DNA of 64,000 bases from Anaerohalosphaeraceae bacterium (GTDB lineage Bacteria; Planctomycetota; Phycisphaerae; Sedimentisphaerales; Anaerohalosphaeraceae): positions 320,001-384,000 of the forward strand of contig CAXXSL010000016.1 in assembly GCA_963675525.2 (NCBI GenBank). The letters are read 5' to 3'. A model generated the notes under the pieces. The model was not told the DNA's origin and did not search any database. It was given only the letters and a program-made list of their open reading frames with translations. Every line of letters starts with the position of its first letter. The stretch's first letter is position 1. A program made the position numbers and the translations under genes. Positions 42,327 to 52,248 of the stretch are shown here, piece by piece.

Positions 42327-42380
42327 ACCTTTTCCTTCTTCATCTTTTTGTTAATTTATAGTCGTGCAAAACATCCGTAT

Positions 42381-42397
42381 TTGCAACTCAGTTGCAA
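42381..42397. promoter_or_regulatory. 17-bp palindrome, candidate Fur-family (Zur-like) box upstream of the porin
   Basis: TTGCAAC-TCA-GTTGCAA; degenerate second copy TTGCACC-TGA-TTCGCAA at 42416-42432. Confidence 0.5.
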
Positions 42398-42646
42398 GAA
42401 GGAACATTAACAAAATTGCACCTGATTCGCAAATGCTTTTCTGTTATTTTTATAAAAAAACCAAAACAATATCTTTTAATTTCTACCGATTTACTCGGCT
42501 AAGGGGTAAATAACGCACGAATGAATCCGGCACCTTCACTTTTTATGTTTGTTAATTTGCTTTACAACCAGCCGGACAAGATGCATACTATTGTAGCGAT
42601 TCGTGCTACGAAATTACAATTGGAACGATTTAAGAGAAGTGCAATT

Positions 42647-43066
42647 ATGGATAAAATTGAACGTGTGGGTGTATCGCTGGACAAGGAACTGCTGGCCGAC
42701 TTTGATGAGCTGATCAGCGGGCAGGGCTATACAAATCGTTCCGAAGCGATTCGTGACCTGATTCGGGAAAGCCTGTCGAAAAAGCAGTTAGCCAATCCAT
42801 CGGCTTCGTCTGTCGCAGGCGTATTTTTAGTGTATGACCATCATTCCACAAAGTTATCCGACAAACTCGTCAAGCTTCAACACAACCACCTGCTGCACGT
42901 CATTGCTTCAACCCATGTGCATCTGGACCACCATAATTGCCTGGAGGTGATTATCCTGAAAGGCAAGGTCGGAGATATTGAAAAATTAGCCAATCACATC
43001 GCCGCATTGAAAGGCGTAAAACTCAGCCGCGTAAACCTAATGGCCGCAGGAAACGAGTCAACCTAA
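42647..43066 (+). CDS. nikR: Nickel-responsive regulator
   Basis: RVGVSL, GYTNRSEAIRDLIR (ribbon-helix-helix), VYDHH, QH, HVHLDHHNCLE. Confidence 0.95.
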   Translation: MDKIERVGVSLDKELLADFDELISGQGYTNRSEAIRDLIRESLSKKQLANPSASSVAGVFLVYDHHSTKLSDKLVKLQHNHLLHVIASTHVHLDHHNCLEVIILKGKVGDIEKLANHIAALKGVKLSRVNLMAAGNEST

Positions 43067-43182
43067 ACCCTGATCGTTGAATTGAATAATGCCAACCCTT
43101 GCTCACCACAGGCGATCGCAATTAAGAGCAAATGAAAACTCCTAGAACCTTTATTTGCCCTTTCCGGAAAACCGTTTCGCGA

Positions 43183-44070
43183 TTACTTGACCGAATCATC
43201 AGGCTCCAGTCCCAGCTTTTTGTATAATTCGCGTCGACCGGCCTTGTCGCCTTCGATAGTCGCTTTGGCGTAGGCGGCCACTTCTTTTGCTTTTGCTCGC
43301 GGCACCACGATTACGCCGTCTCCGTCGGCGACAATGACATCACCCGGTTCGACAAGAGCGCCGCCGCAGACGATCGGGCGATTGACGGACTCGATTTCAT
43401 TCCGGCCAGGCCGAATGCCGCGACCGGGTTTTCTGAAATACAGCGGAATTTTTTCCGTGATAATCTCATCGGTATCGCGGGCGGTGGAATTGGTGACGAC
43501 GCCGACACATCCGGCCAGTTTCCAGGCCATAATATTATTTGAACCAATGCTGCCGACATCCGAATCCGGGGCGTCGTCAATCATCAACGCGGTACCTTTG
43601 CGAATCAGAGGCATAAACGGCTCGCTGGAGATTTCGGTGTACCACTTGCTGACCCATTGATCGAAGGCCTCGGCATCCATGGCCGGGGCGGGCGGCTTGT
43701 TGGTCGGGACGTAACGCACCGTCAGGGCAATCCCGATGAAGCGGTGGGTGTATTTTTCTGTATCTTTCCAGAGAGCGTGAATCTCCGGCGACATTAGTCC
43801 GATGTTTTTCAGTCCTGCCTTGTCCATGCCGTCGGCCACATCGGCAACGCGCAAGCCCTCAAAAAGCTTAAGGGTCTTTGCGTCATCTTCGACACTATAG
43901 ACTTTTGTCACGATGTAGTTTTTTCCTTTACGCACCGCCTCGACATCGGGGGTTTGTTCTTCGGCCATCGCAGCGTTCGGGCCGGACGGGAGAATTGCGA
44001 TAAACAGACTCAGCAGACAGAGTAAAGGCAACAGAGACACGGTTCGTTTGATTGGTTTTCGGGTTTGCAT
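43183..44070 (-). CDS. RraA/HMG-aldolase family protein with signal peptide
   Basis: VADVADGM, GVV....RD, VEPGDVIVADGDGVIVVP. Confidence 0.85.
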   Translation of the reverse strand: MQTRKPIKRTVSLLPLLCLLSLFIAILPSGPNAAMAEEQTPDVEAVRKGKNYIVTKVYSVEDDAKTLKLFEGLRVADVADGMDKAGLKNIGLMSPEIHALWKDTEKYTHRFIGIALTVRYVPTNKPPAPAMDAEAFDQWVSKWYTEISSEPFMPLIRKGTALMIDDAPDSDVGSIGSNNIMAWKLAGCVGVVTNSTARDTDEIITEKIPLYFRKPGRGIRPGRNEIESVNRPIVCGGALVEPGDVIVADGDGVIVVPRAKAKEVAAYAKATIEGDKAGRRELYKKLGLEPDDSVK

Positions 44071-44108
44071 TGTTTCACTCCTAAACTATTAAGACGGTCA
44101 TCATGACC

Positions 44109-44825
44109 TTATCGATTGTTTGTTCGATCTAAAAGGAAATTCCGGTATACCTGGTAGTGTTCTGTTTCTTCATATTCGATAGTGCGGACTGATGCATGAT
44201 CAAAACTATAGATCTTAGCCCTTTCACAGGCCAATAGAATGGGAGAATGCGTTGCTATGATAAATTGCGCATGTCCTGCCTGAGTATTCTTTCCAATAAT
44301 ATCAAGCAGTTCCAATTGGCTTCGCGGGGACAGTGCTGTCTCTGGTTCATCAAGAAAATAGAGTCCCTTTATCTTGTAGCGGCTGCGAAAATAAGACATC
44401 ATGGATTGACCATGGGATTGGGTCACCAGGGATTTACCGCCAAAGTACTTCAGTTGCCCCGGGTCTGACGCGGCCCATCCATCCAGTATGTTTGCGAAGT
44501 CCTTGAATATTTCTGACCCAAAATAGGCTCCCGGCACTTTCCCGTTTGACCATTCCAGAGATAAATAATATTGTAACAGTTTTTCATATCGGTTGACTTG
44601 ATAGCGCGTGCCCTCAGGTTTTGTCCAGATGTGAACACCGCCGGCCAGTGCAATGGCTTCCAGTAACGTCGATTTTCCCGCACCGTTTTCCCCGACGAAC
44701 AGGGTCACAGGCGCATCAAATTCTAAATGCCTTGTTTGATTGAAAATCGGCAGGTTGAAGGGGTAGTGATCGTCTGTAGGATATTTTTCGTGTAACAATG
44801 TTACACTTTTTATATGATTAGTCAT
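44109..44825 (-). CDS. Predicted ABC/AAA ATPase (COG3910-like)
   Basis: GENGAGKSTLLEA, QSHGQS, LDEPETALSP, IATHSP. Confidence 0.88.
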   Translation of the reverse strand: MTNHIKSVTLLHEKYPTDDHYPFNLPIFNQTRHLEFDAPVTLFVGENGAGKSTLLEAIALAGGVHIWTKPEGTRYQVNRYEKLLQYYLSLEWSNGKVPGAYFGSEIFKDFANILDGWAASDPGQLKYFGGKSLVTQSHGQSMMSYFRSRYKIKGLYFLDEPETALSPRSQLELLDIIGKNTQAGHAQFIIATHSPILLACERAKIYSFDHASVRTIEYEETEHYQVYRNFLLDRTNNR

Positions 44826-45140
44826 TGTATGTCCTTGATACGCTCCAACTGGCCCCAATCTCTAAACGAATTTTGATACAAATCTGTTGCAGCACCCTAA
44901 TTGGTGAAAACATCGAAAAGGGGACCACTTGAATAATAAATAATAGCGTCTACGATGACGCTGTCAACACAAAACCTCATAGCAGCACCCTCTTTTTGTG
45001 AAGTTATAAATACCTGTCTTTACAACCTAAGCCAGTGATAACAAAGATTTAGTATCTCTCATTTCCCTACGATTAAAACACGATTTTGTATTGTTTTGAT
45101 ACCCATTTCAAGGACAGTTTTGGGGGTTGCATGAACATCG

Positions 45141-45169
45141 TTGACTTTTATTCGTAAAACAGGTAAAAT
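45141..45169 (+). promoter_or_regulatory. Sigma70-type promoter of the czc operon
   Basis: TTGACT-N17-TAAAAT, 8 nt before ATG 45178. Confidence 0.65.
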
Positions 45170-45177
45170 CGATAATT

Positions 45178-45594
45178 ATGCTAAAACAACAAGCGACAAT
45201 ATTGCTTATAGTGCTAATTTGTATTGGCTATGTAAGCAGCTTTTTTACAGTAATATGCCATGGTTCCGATGGTCATATTGCGGTGGAGGCTGTCGTTCAT
45301 AATCATTGTGAGTGTCCAGAAACAAGTGAAATCGAGATCTATAATGGTTTTATGGGGCATGTAATTGGTTTGGCGACGGATGAGAGCCATTGCAAGGATA
45401 CTCCAGCTACTTCAAATTTAATCTTTTCGATACAAAAAAATGTGAAATCTTCGATATATAAAACTTTTGCGACAAGAAATTTCCTGAAATTAATTTCGAC
45501 TCAAACCACATCCTCTTTAGGATACTTGGCTGCACGGAGCTACGAATTCGCTCCATTCTTTGTACATTTACGAACAGTCATTCTTCTGGCGTGA
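45178..45594 (+). CDS. Small exported Cys/His-rich protein preceding czcCBA
   Basis: Signal/TM helix; VICHGSDGHIAVE...HNHCEC...HCKD. Confidence 0.7.
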   Translation: MLKQQATILLIVLICIGYVSSFFTVICHGSDGHIAVEAVVHNHCECPETSEIEIYNGFMGHVIGLATDESHCKDTPATSNLIFSIQKNVKSSIYKTFATRNFLKLISTQTTSSLGYLAARSYEFAPFFVHLRTVILLA

Positions 45595-45693
45595 TATTCC
45601 TTTACGCTGTTCTTGCCTGATCACCCAAATATTATCGCTGGGATGGTCTAACCATTTTGCGGAATATGATGTGTCAATTGTCTATTCAGAGGA

Positions 45694-47079
45694 ATGTCAT
45701 TTATGAAGATCCGAACGTTTATTTTTTCCTTGCTTGCCTTACTATTCATCGGGTGTGCTCAACAACACACTTCGGGAATAAGCAAAAAAACGAACCATGA
45801 CACCGGCCAAAGCCATACGGCATCTGTTTCTCAGATGAGTAAACATCCTGTGGAAGAAATAGTGAGCGTGGCCGAGCCTAATGATGTCTTGTCACTCAGG
45901 CAGGTGCTGGCGTTAACAGTGATGCATAATCCGGAATTAAAGGTTTTTTCGCTGGAAACCAGAGCCGCCCAGGCACGGGAATTACAAGCTGGTTTATGGC
46001 CGAATCCGGAAATAGACGTTGAGGCGGAAAATGTCGGGGGTACGGGAGAACTCAGCGGCTTTGATGGAACTGAAACCACGATTCAATTAAGCCAGTTGAT
46101 CGAGTTGGGGAACAAGTCCCAGAAAAGAAGAAAAGTGGCTTCGTTTGAAAAAGAATTGGCGGGGTTTGACTATCAAAATAAACGGCTGGAAGTCTTTAGT
46201 GAGGCAGCAAAATCGTTTATTTCGGTTTTGAAAGCACAGGAAAAACTTCAGTTGTCCAACGAGTTATTAACGCTCTCCGAAGAATCGTTCGAAACGGTGA
46301 CGAAAAGAGTTAATGCAGGAAAGGATTCTCCGGTCGAAAAAACAAGGGCATCTGTTGTTCTGTCAAATATAAAAATATCAAACCGCCAAGCGAAGCGAGA
46401 TTTAGAATATGCCAGTAAACAGTTGGCCTCTTTCTGGGACCAAGATAAGCCGCAATTTAAGGAGGCAACCGGAAATTTATACAGCATTGAGCCATTGCCG
46501 GCATTAGAAGATTTGACAACCCAATTAAAACAGAATCCTGAATATGCCCGGTGGAAAACTGAGATCAAGAAAAGTCGAGCCGTGCTGGATCTGGAAGAAT
46601 CCAGGGCTATCGGGGATATTACCATTGGTGCGGGTCTTAAACGATTTAACGAAACCGATGACAATGCTTTTGTATTCGGCGTTTCTATTCCGTTGCCCGT
46701 TTCTGACAGAAATCAGGGAGCCAAACAGGAGGCTGTTTATAATTTAGCCAAATCGCACCAGGAGCAAAAAACGGCATGGCTAAAACTGCAGAATGAATTT
46801 AATCAAACGTATCAGGAATTTAGAAACTCATTCGACCAGGCAACCTCGCTAAAAAATGAGGTGCTTCCTGCTGCCATTGAAATGTTCAACGCCGCCACAA
46901 GAGCATACCAGGAAGGAAAAGTGGATTATTTAAATGTGCTGGACGCTCAACGCACACTCTTTGATATCAAGAATGAATATATTGAAAGTCTGGCTAATTA
47001 TCATGCCGCCAAGACTGGTATTGAGCGTTTTATAGCCGGGGAAATCGAAACTGTCAACCTTTCAGAAAGTGAGCAATGA
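45694..47079 (+). CDS. czcC: CzcC/TolC-family outer membrane efflux protein
   Basis: Lipobox IGC, AGLWPNP, SQLIELG.K, G.SIPLP..DRNQG, L.VLDAQR. Confidence 0.85.
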   Translation: MSFMKIRTFIFSLLALLFIGCAQQHTSGISKKTNHDTGQSHTASVSQMSKHPVEEIVSVAEPNDVLSLRQVLALTVMHNPELKVFSLETRAAQARELQAGLWPNPEIDVEAENVGGTGELSGFDGTETTIQLSQLIELGNKSQKRRKVASFEKELAGFDYQNKRLEVFSEAAKSFISVLKAQEKLQLSNELLTLSEESFETVTKRVNAGKDSPVEKTRASVVLSNIKISNRQAKRDLEYASKQLASFWDQDKPQFKEATGNLYSIEPLPALEDLTTQLKQNPEYARWKTEIKKSRAVLDLEESRAIGDITIGAGLKRFNETDDNAFVFGVSIPLPVSDRNQGAKQEAVYNLAKSHQEQKTAWLKLQNEFNQTYQEFRNSFDQATSLKNEVLPAAIEMFNAATRAYQEGKVDYLNVLDAQRTLFDIKNEYIESLANYHAAKTGIERFIAGEIETVNLSESEQ

Positions 47080-48667
47080 TATGAAATCCAAAATACGTAT
47101 TGTAATAATAGTGGTTCTTGCTGTTTGCCTTTTGGGCTATATGGCGGTGCGAGAGACACACCCTGACGACCATGATGGTGACCATGTCGAGCACACTGAA
47201 ATGTCTTATGGTCCTGATGTACACGAAGATGAAGAACAGGCCATTGAATTAACGGCTGAAGAAATTCAGGAAATCGGATTGAAAACGGCCGTAGCAGGCA
47301 GCGGGGCTATCGATGTTCACATGAGCCTGGCGGGTGAAATCAGCGTTAACCAGGATCGCATGGCACACGTTGTTCCCCCTGCCGACGGAATCGTCCGGCA
47401 GGTCTTTAAGAATCTGGGTGATCACGTTAAGGCAGGCGAGGTAATCGCATGGCTGGAAAGTTCAGACCTGGGAAAAGCGAAAATGGATTACCTTGGAACA
47501 TGGGCAGAAATGACATGCTGCGCTCTCGATTTAACACGCGCACAGCAAATTCATGACAACACGATCAAGCTTCTGGATATTCTGGCTGATTTGCCATCCA
47601 TGGAGATGCTGCAGGATGTCAGCGGTCTCGAGATCGGAGATAATCTCAGCAAGCTCATTTCGACGTACGCAGAGTATTCATTTACCAAAGCCGCTTACCA
47701 GAGGGAAAAGTCCCTGTTCGAAGAAAAGGTCTCGAGTAAAGCTGACTTTCTAAAGACTCAGAACTCTTACAAGAAAGCGCAGGCCCAGTACAAAGCGACA
47801 CGTGACAGTGTTTCGTTTGAAGTTAAGCGTGATCTTCTTGAAGCCAATAGATCTCGTCAGCTTCAGTCGATGGAGTTAAAGAACGCTGAACGCCAACTGA
47901 AAATAATGGGGCTTTCGGATGACAACATAAAAGAGCTTGAATTGTTGGCGACAAAACAGATTGCTGCTGCAACTCAGGAGTCTGACTGTGATGATCCTGA
48001 CTGTACTGAATGCGCACGTGAAAAAGAGGCTGTAAATAAAACGATTGCTGTTATGAAAGACGCCGAGGAAAAACTTGCCTGGTATCCTTTAACGGTATCT
48101 TTTGACGGTATAATTATTGAAAAACATCTCGTGCTTGGTGAGTTGGTTGATACGGAATCAGCCGTTTATGTTGTCGCGGATTTAAGTTCGGTATGGGTGG
48201 ACCTGCACGTTTATCCTAAAGACCTCAAGTATATTAAAAAAGGCCAACAAGTAATGATCTCCGCTGATTCTGAAATGCCGGACATCGGCGGTATCATTAG
48301 TTATGTCGGTCCTGTTTTGGGGTCAGCATCCAGAACCGCTTTAGCCCGGGTCGTGCTTGCGAATGGATCAGGCGTTTTCAGGCCGGGGCTTTTTGTGACA
48401 GCCAAAGTATTTGCTTCAAAAACACAAGCAAAGGTTGTTGTTCTGAAAGATGCAATCCAGTCACTTGAAGGACGGAAATGCGTGTTTATTAAAGATGAGC
48501 ATGGTTTTGAACCGGCGTTAGTTGAAATTGGACTTGAGAATGAAAGCCACGTGGAGATTCTTTCAGGTTTGGCGGCCGGACAGGAATATGTGACAACAGG
48601 GGCATTTACGTTGAAGTCTAAAATAGTCACCTCAACACTCGACAGTCACGCCGGCCATGGCCATTAA
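47069..48667 (+). CDS. czcB: CzcB-like RND periplasmic adaptor, extended (start may be ATG 47081)
   Basis: His-rich N-terminus, GDHVKAGE, DLSSVWV, RPGLFV, EILSGL..G, GHGH C-terminus. Confidence 0.85.
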   Translation: MSNDMKSKIRIVIIVVLAVCLLGYMAVRETHPDDHDGDHVEHTEMSYGPDVHEDEEQAIELTAEEIQEIGLKTAVAGSGAIDVHMSLAGEISVNQDRMAHVVPPADGIVRQVFKNLGDHVKAGEVIAWLESSDLGKAKMDYLGTWAEMTCCALDLTRAQQIHDNTIKLLDILADLPSMEMLQDVSGLEIGDNLSKLISTYAEYSFTKAAYQREKSLFEEKVSSKADFLKTQNSYKKAQAQYKATRDSVSFEVKRDLLEANRSRQLQSMELKNAERQLKIMGLSDDNIKELELLATKQIAAATQESDCDDPDCTECAREKEAVNKTIAVMKDAEEKLAWYPLTVSFDGIIIEKHLVLGELVDTESAVYVVADLSSVWVDLHVYPKDLKYIKKGQQVMISADSEMPDIGGIISYVGPVLGSASRTALARVVLANGSGVFRPGLFVTAKVFASKTQAKVVVLKDAIQSLEGRKCVFIKDEHGFEPALVEIGLENESHVEILSGLAAGQEYVTTGAFTLKSKIVTSTLDSHAGHGH

Positions 48668-48681
48668 AAGGAGTCAGACTT

Positions 48682-51600
48682 ATGCATCATAAAATAGTTC
48701 ATATATCATTACATTATCGTTTTTTTGTCATATTGGGAATTCTGGGGATTACCGCCTTAGGTATCTATCAATATAACCAATTGCCGGTCGATGCGTTTCC
48801 GGATATTTCGCCCACCATGGTGCCGGTCTTTGCTGAGGCACATGGGATGGCCCCAGAAGAAGTGGAGCGATTAATAACCTTTCCCATCGAATCGGCCATG
48901 AACGGTCTTCCCGGAGTTCGGCAGATAAAGTCCACGTCGGCATTTGGAATGGCGGTCATCTATGTGTATTTCGAGGATGATATTGATATCTATTTTGCAC
49001 GACAAATTGTATCGGAAAGACTTAACGAGGCGCTTTCGCAACTGCCTGAAATGCACGAACCACCGACATTAGGGCCTATATCCACGGGCTTAGGACAAAT
49101 TTTCATCTATTACCTGGCCATGGACGACGATGCCGATACACAAGGGAAAGACCCGGCAACGTACCTTCGTGAAATCAATGACTGGGTTGTCAAATACCAA
49201 CTGCAAGCCGTACCCGGCGTGACGGATATTCTTTCAATTGGTGGACATGTACTGCAGTATCAGATACGTGTAAATCCTCATTTGCTGAATAAATACGAGA
49301 TCGGCCTTCAGGATATCGTTACCGCCGTGACAGAAAACAATGCCAATGCCGGCGGTCAGTTTATGGTGCTCGGCAGTGAGGAATATCTTGTACGAGGGAT
49401 CGGTCTGCTGGAAGACCTTGAAGGAATACGGGATATTCATGTAAAAGTAGCAGGAGGCGCCCCCATTAAAATCAGAGACATTGCTGACGTCGAATACGGC
49501 AAAGAGATCCGCCGTGGCGTCGTTTCTCGAAATGGGAACCAGGAGGTTGTTTCTGGCATAGTCATGAAACTATTCGGAACAAATACATCAAAAGCAATCG
49601 AACGATTATATGAAAAAATCCCTGAGTTGCAGAGAGCCATTCCAAAAGGAATCCATCTTGTACCATACTATGAACAGGCGGAACTCGTCGAACAAGCAAC
49701 CTGGACGGTGAAAAAAGCACTGCTGCAAGGAGCATTTTTAGTCGTTGTTGTTTTATTTATATTCCTTGGAAATCTCAGATCTGCATTTATCGTATCACTT
49801 GCTTTGCCTTTGTGTGCCTTTATTTCAATTATCCTGATGCGGCTGACCGGAATCTCTGCAAACCTGATGTCACTGGGCGGTATTGCGATTGGGATTGGGA
49901 TGCTGGGTGACGGGGCGATCGTGATGGTCGAAAATATATTCCGTCATCTCAATACAAACGCAGGCGACACTCTCGCCCAAAAAACGGACATCATTTATGA
50001 AGCCGCAAAGGAGGTCGCCAAGCCAATCATCTTTTCCATACTGATTATCATTACTGTGTTTCTTCCCATCTTCAGTCTTGAGAATGTTGAAGGTAAGATG
50101 TTCTCTCCAATGGCGGTTACACTGTGCTTTGCAATGTTCGGCTCTTTAATGATAGCGATTATAGCGGCTCCTGCTTTATGCACCTACCTGTTGAAATCGA
50201 AAGTCCACAAAGAATTTGCCTTGGTCACCTATTTGAAAAACAGCTACCGGCCTTTATTGATCCGGGCAATCGATCATCCAAAACGAGTTCTGCTTATTGT
50301 GCTTATCACATTTGCATTGAGTCTTATCGCCGTGCCTTTTCTGGGTACGGAATTTATACCCACGCTGGAAGAAGGTTCGATTCTGATCGGTGTCACCATG
50401 GCACCTTCCACCTCTCTCGAAAAAGGAACAGAGATCATTCAATCGCTGGAAAAAAAGATTATTAAATTCCAAGAGGTCGAGGAGGTCATCTCGCGTATCG
50501 GTCGTCCTGAGGCCGGCAGCCATCCTCATCCGGTAAACTATGCTGAGGTTCATATTGAGCTGAAGCAACGGAAAGATTGGGAGAATTATAAAAACAAAAC
50601 ACAACTTGTCAAAGCCCTCAATGAATCGTTGTCCTCATACCCCGGCATCCAGTTGAATTTTACTCAACCGATCCAAAATGCATTTGACGAACTTCTGTCC
50701 GGCATAAAAGCACAGGTGGCCGTCAAACTCTTCGGTGAAGATTTAAATGTTTTAAGAGAGACCTCCAATGAGATCCGAAATACGATCGACAACATCCCCG
50801 GACTGGTTGATCTGGCGGTTGAGCAGAGTTTTGGCCAGCCGCAGATTCAAATCATGGCGGATCGGAAAGCCTGCGGGCGATACGGTGTCAATGTCAACGA
50901 AATATTAGAACTTGTAGAGCTTGCTATTGGCGGCGAAGTCATTGATAACATCTATTTGAATACCCGCCGTTTTGGCATTCATGTTCGTTATCAGGAGGCT
51001 TATCGCTCTGACCCAAAAGTCATTGAAGATCTTCTGATTCACGCTGACAATGGAAACCTGGTCCCTCTAAAGGAAATTGCCCAGGTAAGAGAAGTCCTTG
51101 GCCCTATTCAGGTAAACCGTGAACAGAACCAGCGACGATGGATTGTTCAGGGCAATGTCAGAGGCAGGGATCTCGGCAGTGTAATTGCCGATATCAAGCA
51201 GCGTATCAGCGAAAACGTTGAATTGCCGGCCGGTTACTTTATCGAATATGGCGGACAATTTGAAAATCAGCAAAGAGCCATGGCTCGTCTTTCAGTGATT
51301 GTCCCGGTTGTGTTGGTTTTGATATTTCTACTGTTATATTTAACGTTTGGATCACTGAAAGAAGCATTCCTGATTATTATGAATATCCCGCTTGCTCTGA
51401 TCGGGGGTGTTTTTGGCTTATTTATAATGAGAGAATACCTTTCCGTACCGGCCGCAGTGGGCTTTATCGCTCTGTTTGGCATTGCTGTTCAGAATGGAGT
51501 CGTTCTGGTCAGCTATATTAACCAGTTAAGACAACAAGGGATCCAAACAAAAGAAGCGGTCATTACAGGAGCCTTACAGCGATTACGTCCCGTCCTGATG

Positions 51601-51783
51601 ACCGCGACAACGACCGTGCTTGGTCTCATGCCCTTGCTCCTTTCGAAAGGAATCGGCTCAGAGGTTCAAAGGCCTTTAGCTTCTGTAGTGGTGTTCGGTT
51701 TGACATCTGCGACGATATTGACTTTGTTTGTCATACCCGCGTTCTATCCATGGTTTGCAATGAAGCTGGATAATGAGGAATAA
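48682..51783 (+). CDS. czcA: CzcA/CusA-family heavy-metal RND permease
   Basis: LPVDAFPD, EEVERLITFPIE, NLMSLGG, DGAIVMVEN, GFIALFGIAV.NG, RLRPVLMTA. Confidence 0.93.
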   Translation: MHHKIVHISLHYRFFVILGILGITALGIYQYNQLPVDAFPDISPTMVPVFAEAHGMAPEEVERLITFPIESAMNGLPGVRQIKSTSAFGMAVIYVYFEDDIDIYFARQIVSERLNEALSQLPEMHEPPTLGPISTGLGQIFIYYLAMDDDADTQGKDPATYLREINDWVVKYQLQAVPGVTDILSIGGHVLQYQIRVNPHLLNKYEIGLQDIVTAVTENNANAGGQFMVLGSEEYLVRGIGLLEDLEGIRDIHVKVAGGAPIKIRDIADVEYGKEIRRGVVSRNGNQEVVSGIVMKLFGTNTSKAIERLYEKIPELQRAIPKGIHLVPYYEQAELVEQATWTVKKALLQGAFLVVVVLFIFLGNLRSAFIVSLALPLCAFISIILMRLTGISANLMSLGGIAIGIGMLGDGAIVMVENIFRHLNTNAGDTLAQKTDIIYEAAKEVAKPIIFSILIIITVFLPIFSLENVEGKMFSPMAVTLCFAMFGSLMIAIIAAPALCTYLLKSKVHKEFALVTYLKNSYRPLLIRAIDHPKRVLLIVLITFALSLIAVPFLGTEFIPTLEEGSILIGVTMAPSTSLEKGTEIIQSLEKKIIKFQEVEEVISRIGRPEAGSHPHPVNYAEVHIELKQRKDWENYKNKTQLVKALNESLSSYPGIQLNFTQPIQNAFDELLSGIKAQVAVKLFGEDLNVLRETSNEIRNTIDNIPGLVDLAVEQSFGQPQIQIMADRKACGRYGVNVNEILELVELAIGGEVIDNIYLNTRRFGIHVRYQEAYRSDPKVIEDLLIHADNGNLVPLKEIAQVREVLGPIQVNREQNQRRWIVQGNVRGRDLGSVIADIKQRISENVELPAGYFIEYGGQFENQQRAMARLSVIVPVVLVLIFLLLYLTFGSLKEAFLIIMNIPLALIGGVFGLFIMREYLSVPAAVGFIALFGIAVQNGVVLVSYINQLRQQGIQTKEAVITGALQRLRPVLMTATTTVLGLMPLLLSKGIGSEVQRPLASVVVFGLTSATILTLFVIPAFYPWFAMKLDNEE

Positions 51784-51929
51784 ATGAACATAACTTAATT
51801 TTATGGATAGCGAGATTATAAGATACAGAAAGTTCGCAATATTGATATTGCTTAGAATTTCGAGTCTCCCCCTCTGTGTCATTTTGCCCGCCATCCTGAA
51901 ATGAAGCATTTCGTTATGCGCATAAAAAA

Positions 51930-52016
51930 CGGAGAGGGGGGGATTCGAACCCCCGGTACTCTTACGAGCACACTGGTTTTCGAAACCAGCTCGATCAGCC
52001 ACTCCGACACCTCTCC
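51930..52016 (-). tRNA. tRNA-Ser (anticodon CGA), long variable arm, CCA not encoded
   Basis: GGAGAGG acceptor stem; anticodon arm CTGGT-TT-CGA-AA-ACCAG; T loop GGTTCGAATCC. Confidence 0.95.
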
Positions 52017-52248
52017 ATTTTATGGTTCATCCAAATCTGCCGGTCGCTTGTCCCGGCTTTTTGCGGGAATCCGGCCGAATCGACCCCCACTGGCGTTTTC
52101 ACGATTATATCGAGGGTTTGGCGTTGTACAAGTGCAAAAAAAGGGTTTTTGACAGTCGGTTACAATAAGCCCACAAATCCGGCTTTACATTTTAGGCTGA
52201 TTTCTGTAGAATCAGTCCTTTTGCAGGCGGTAACAGAGAGATTTAAAT

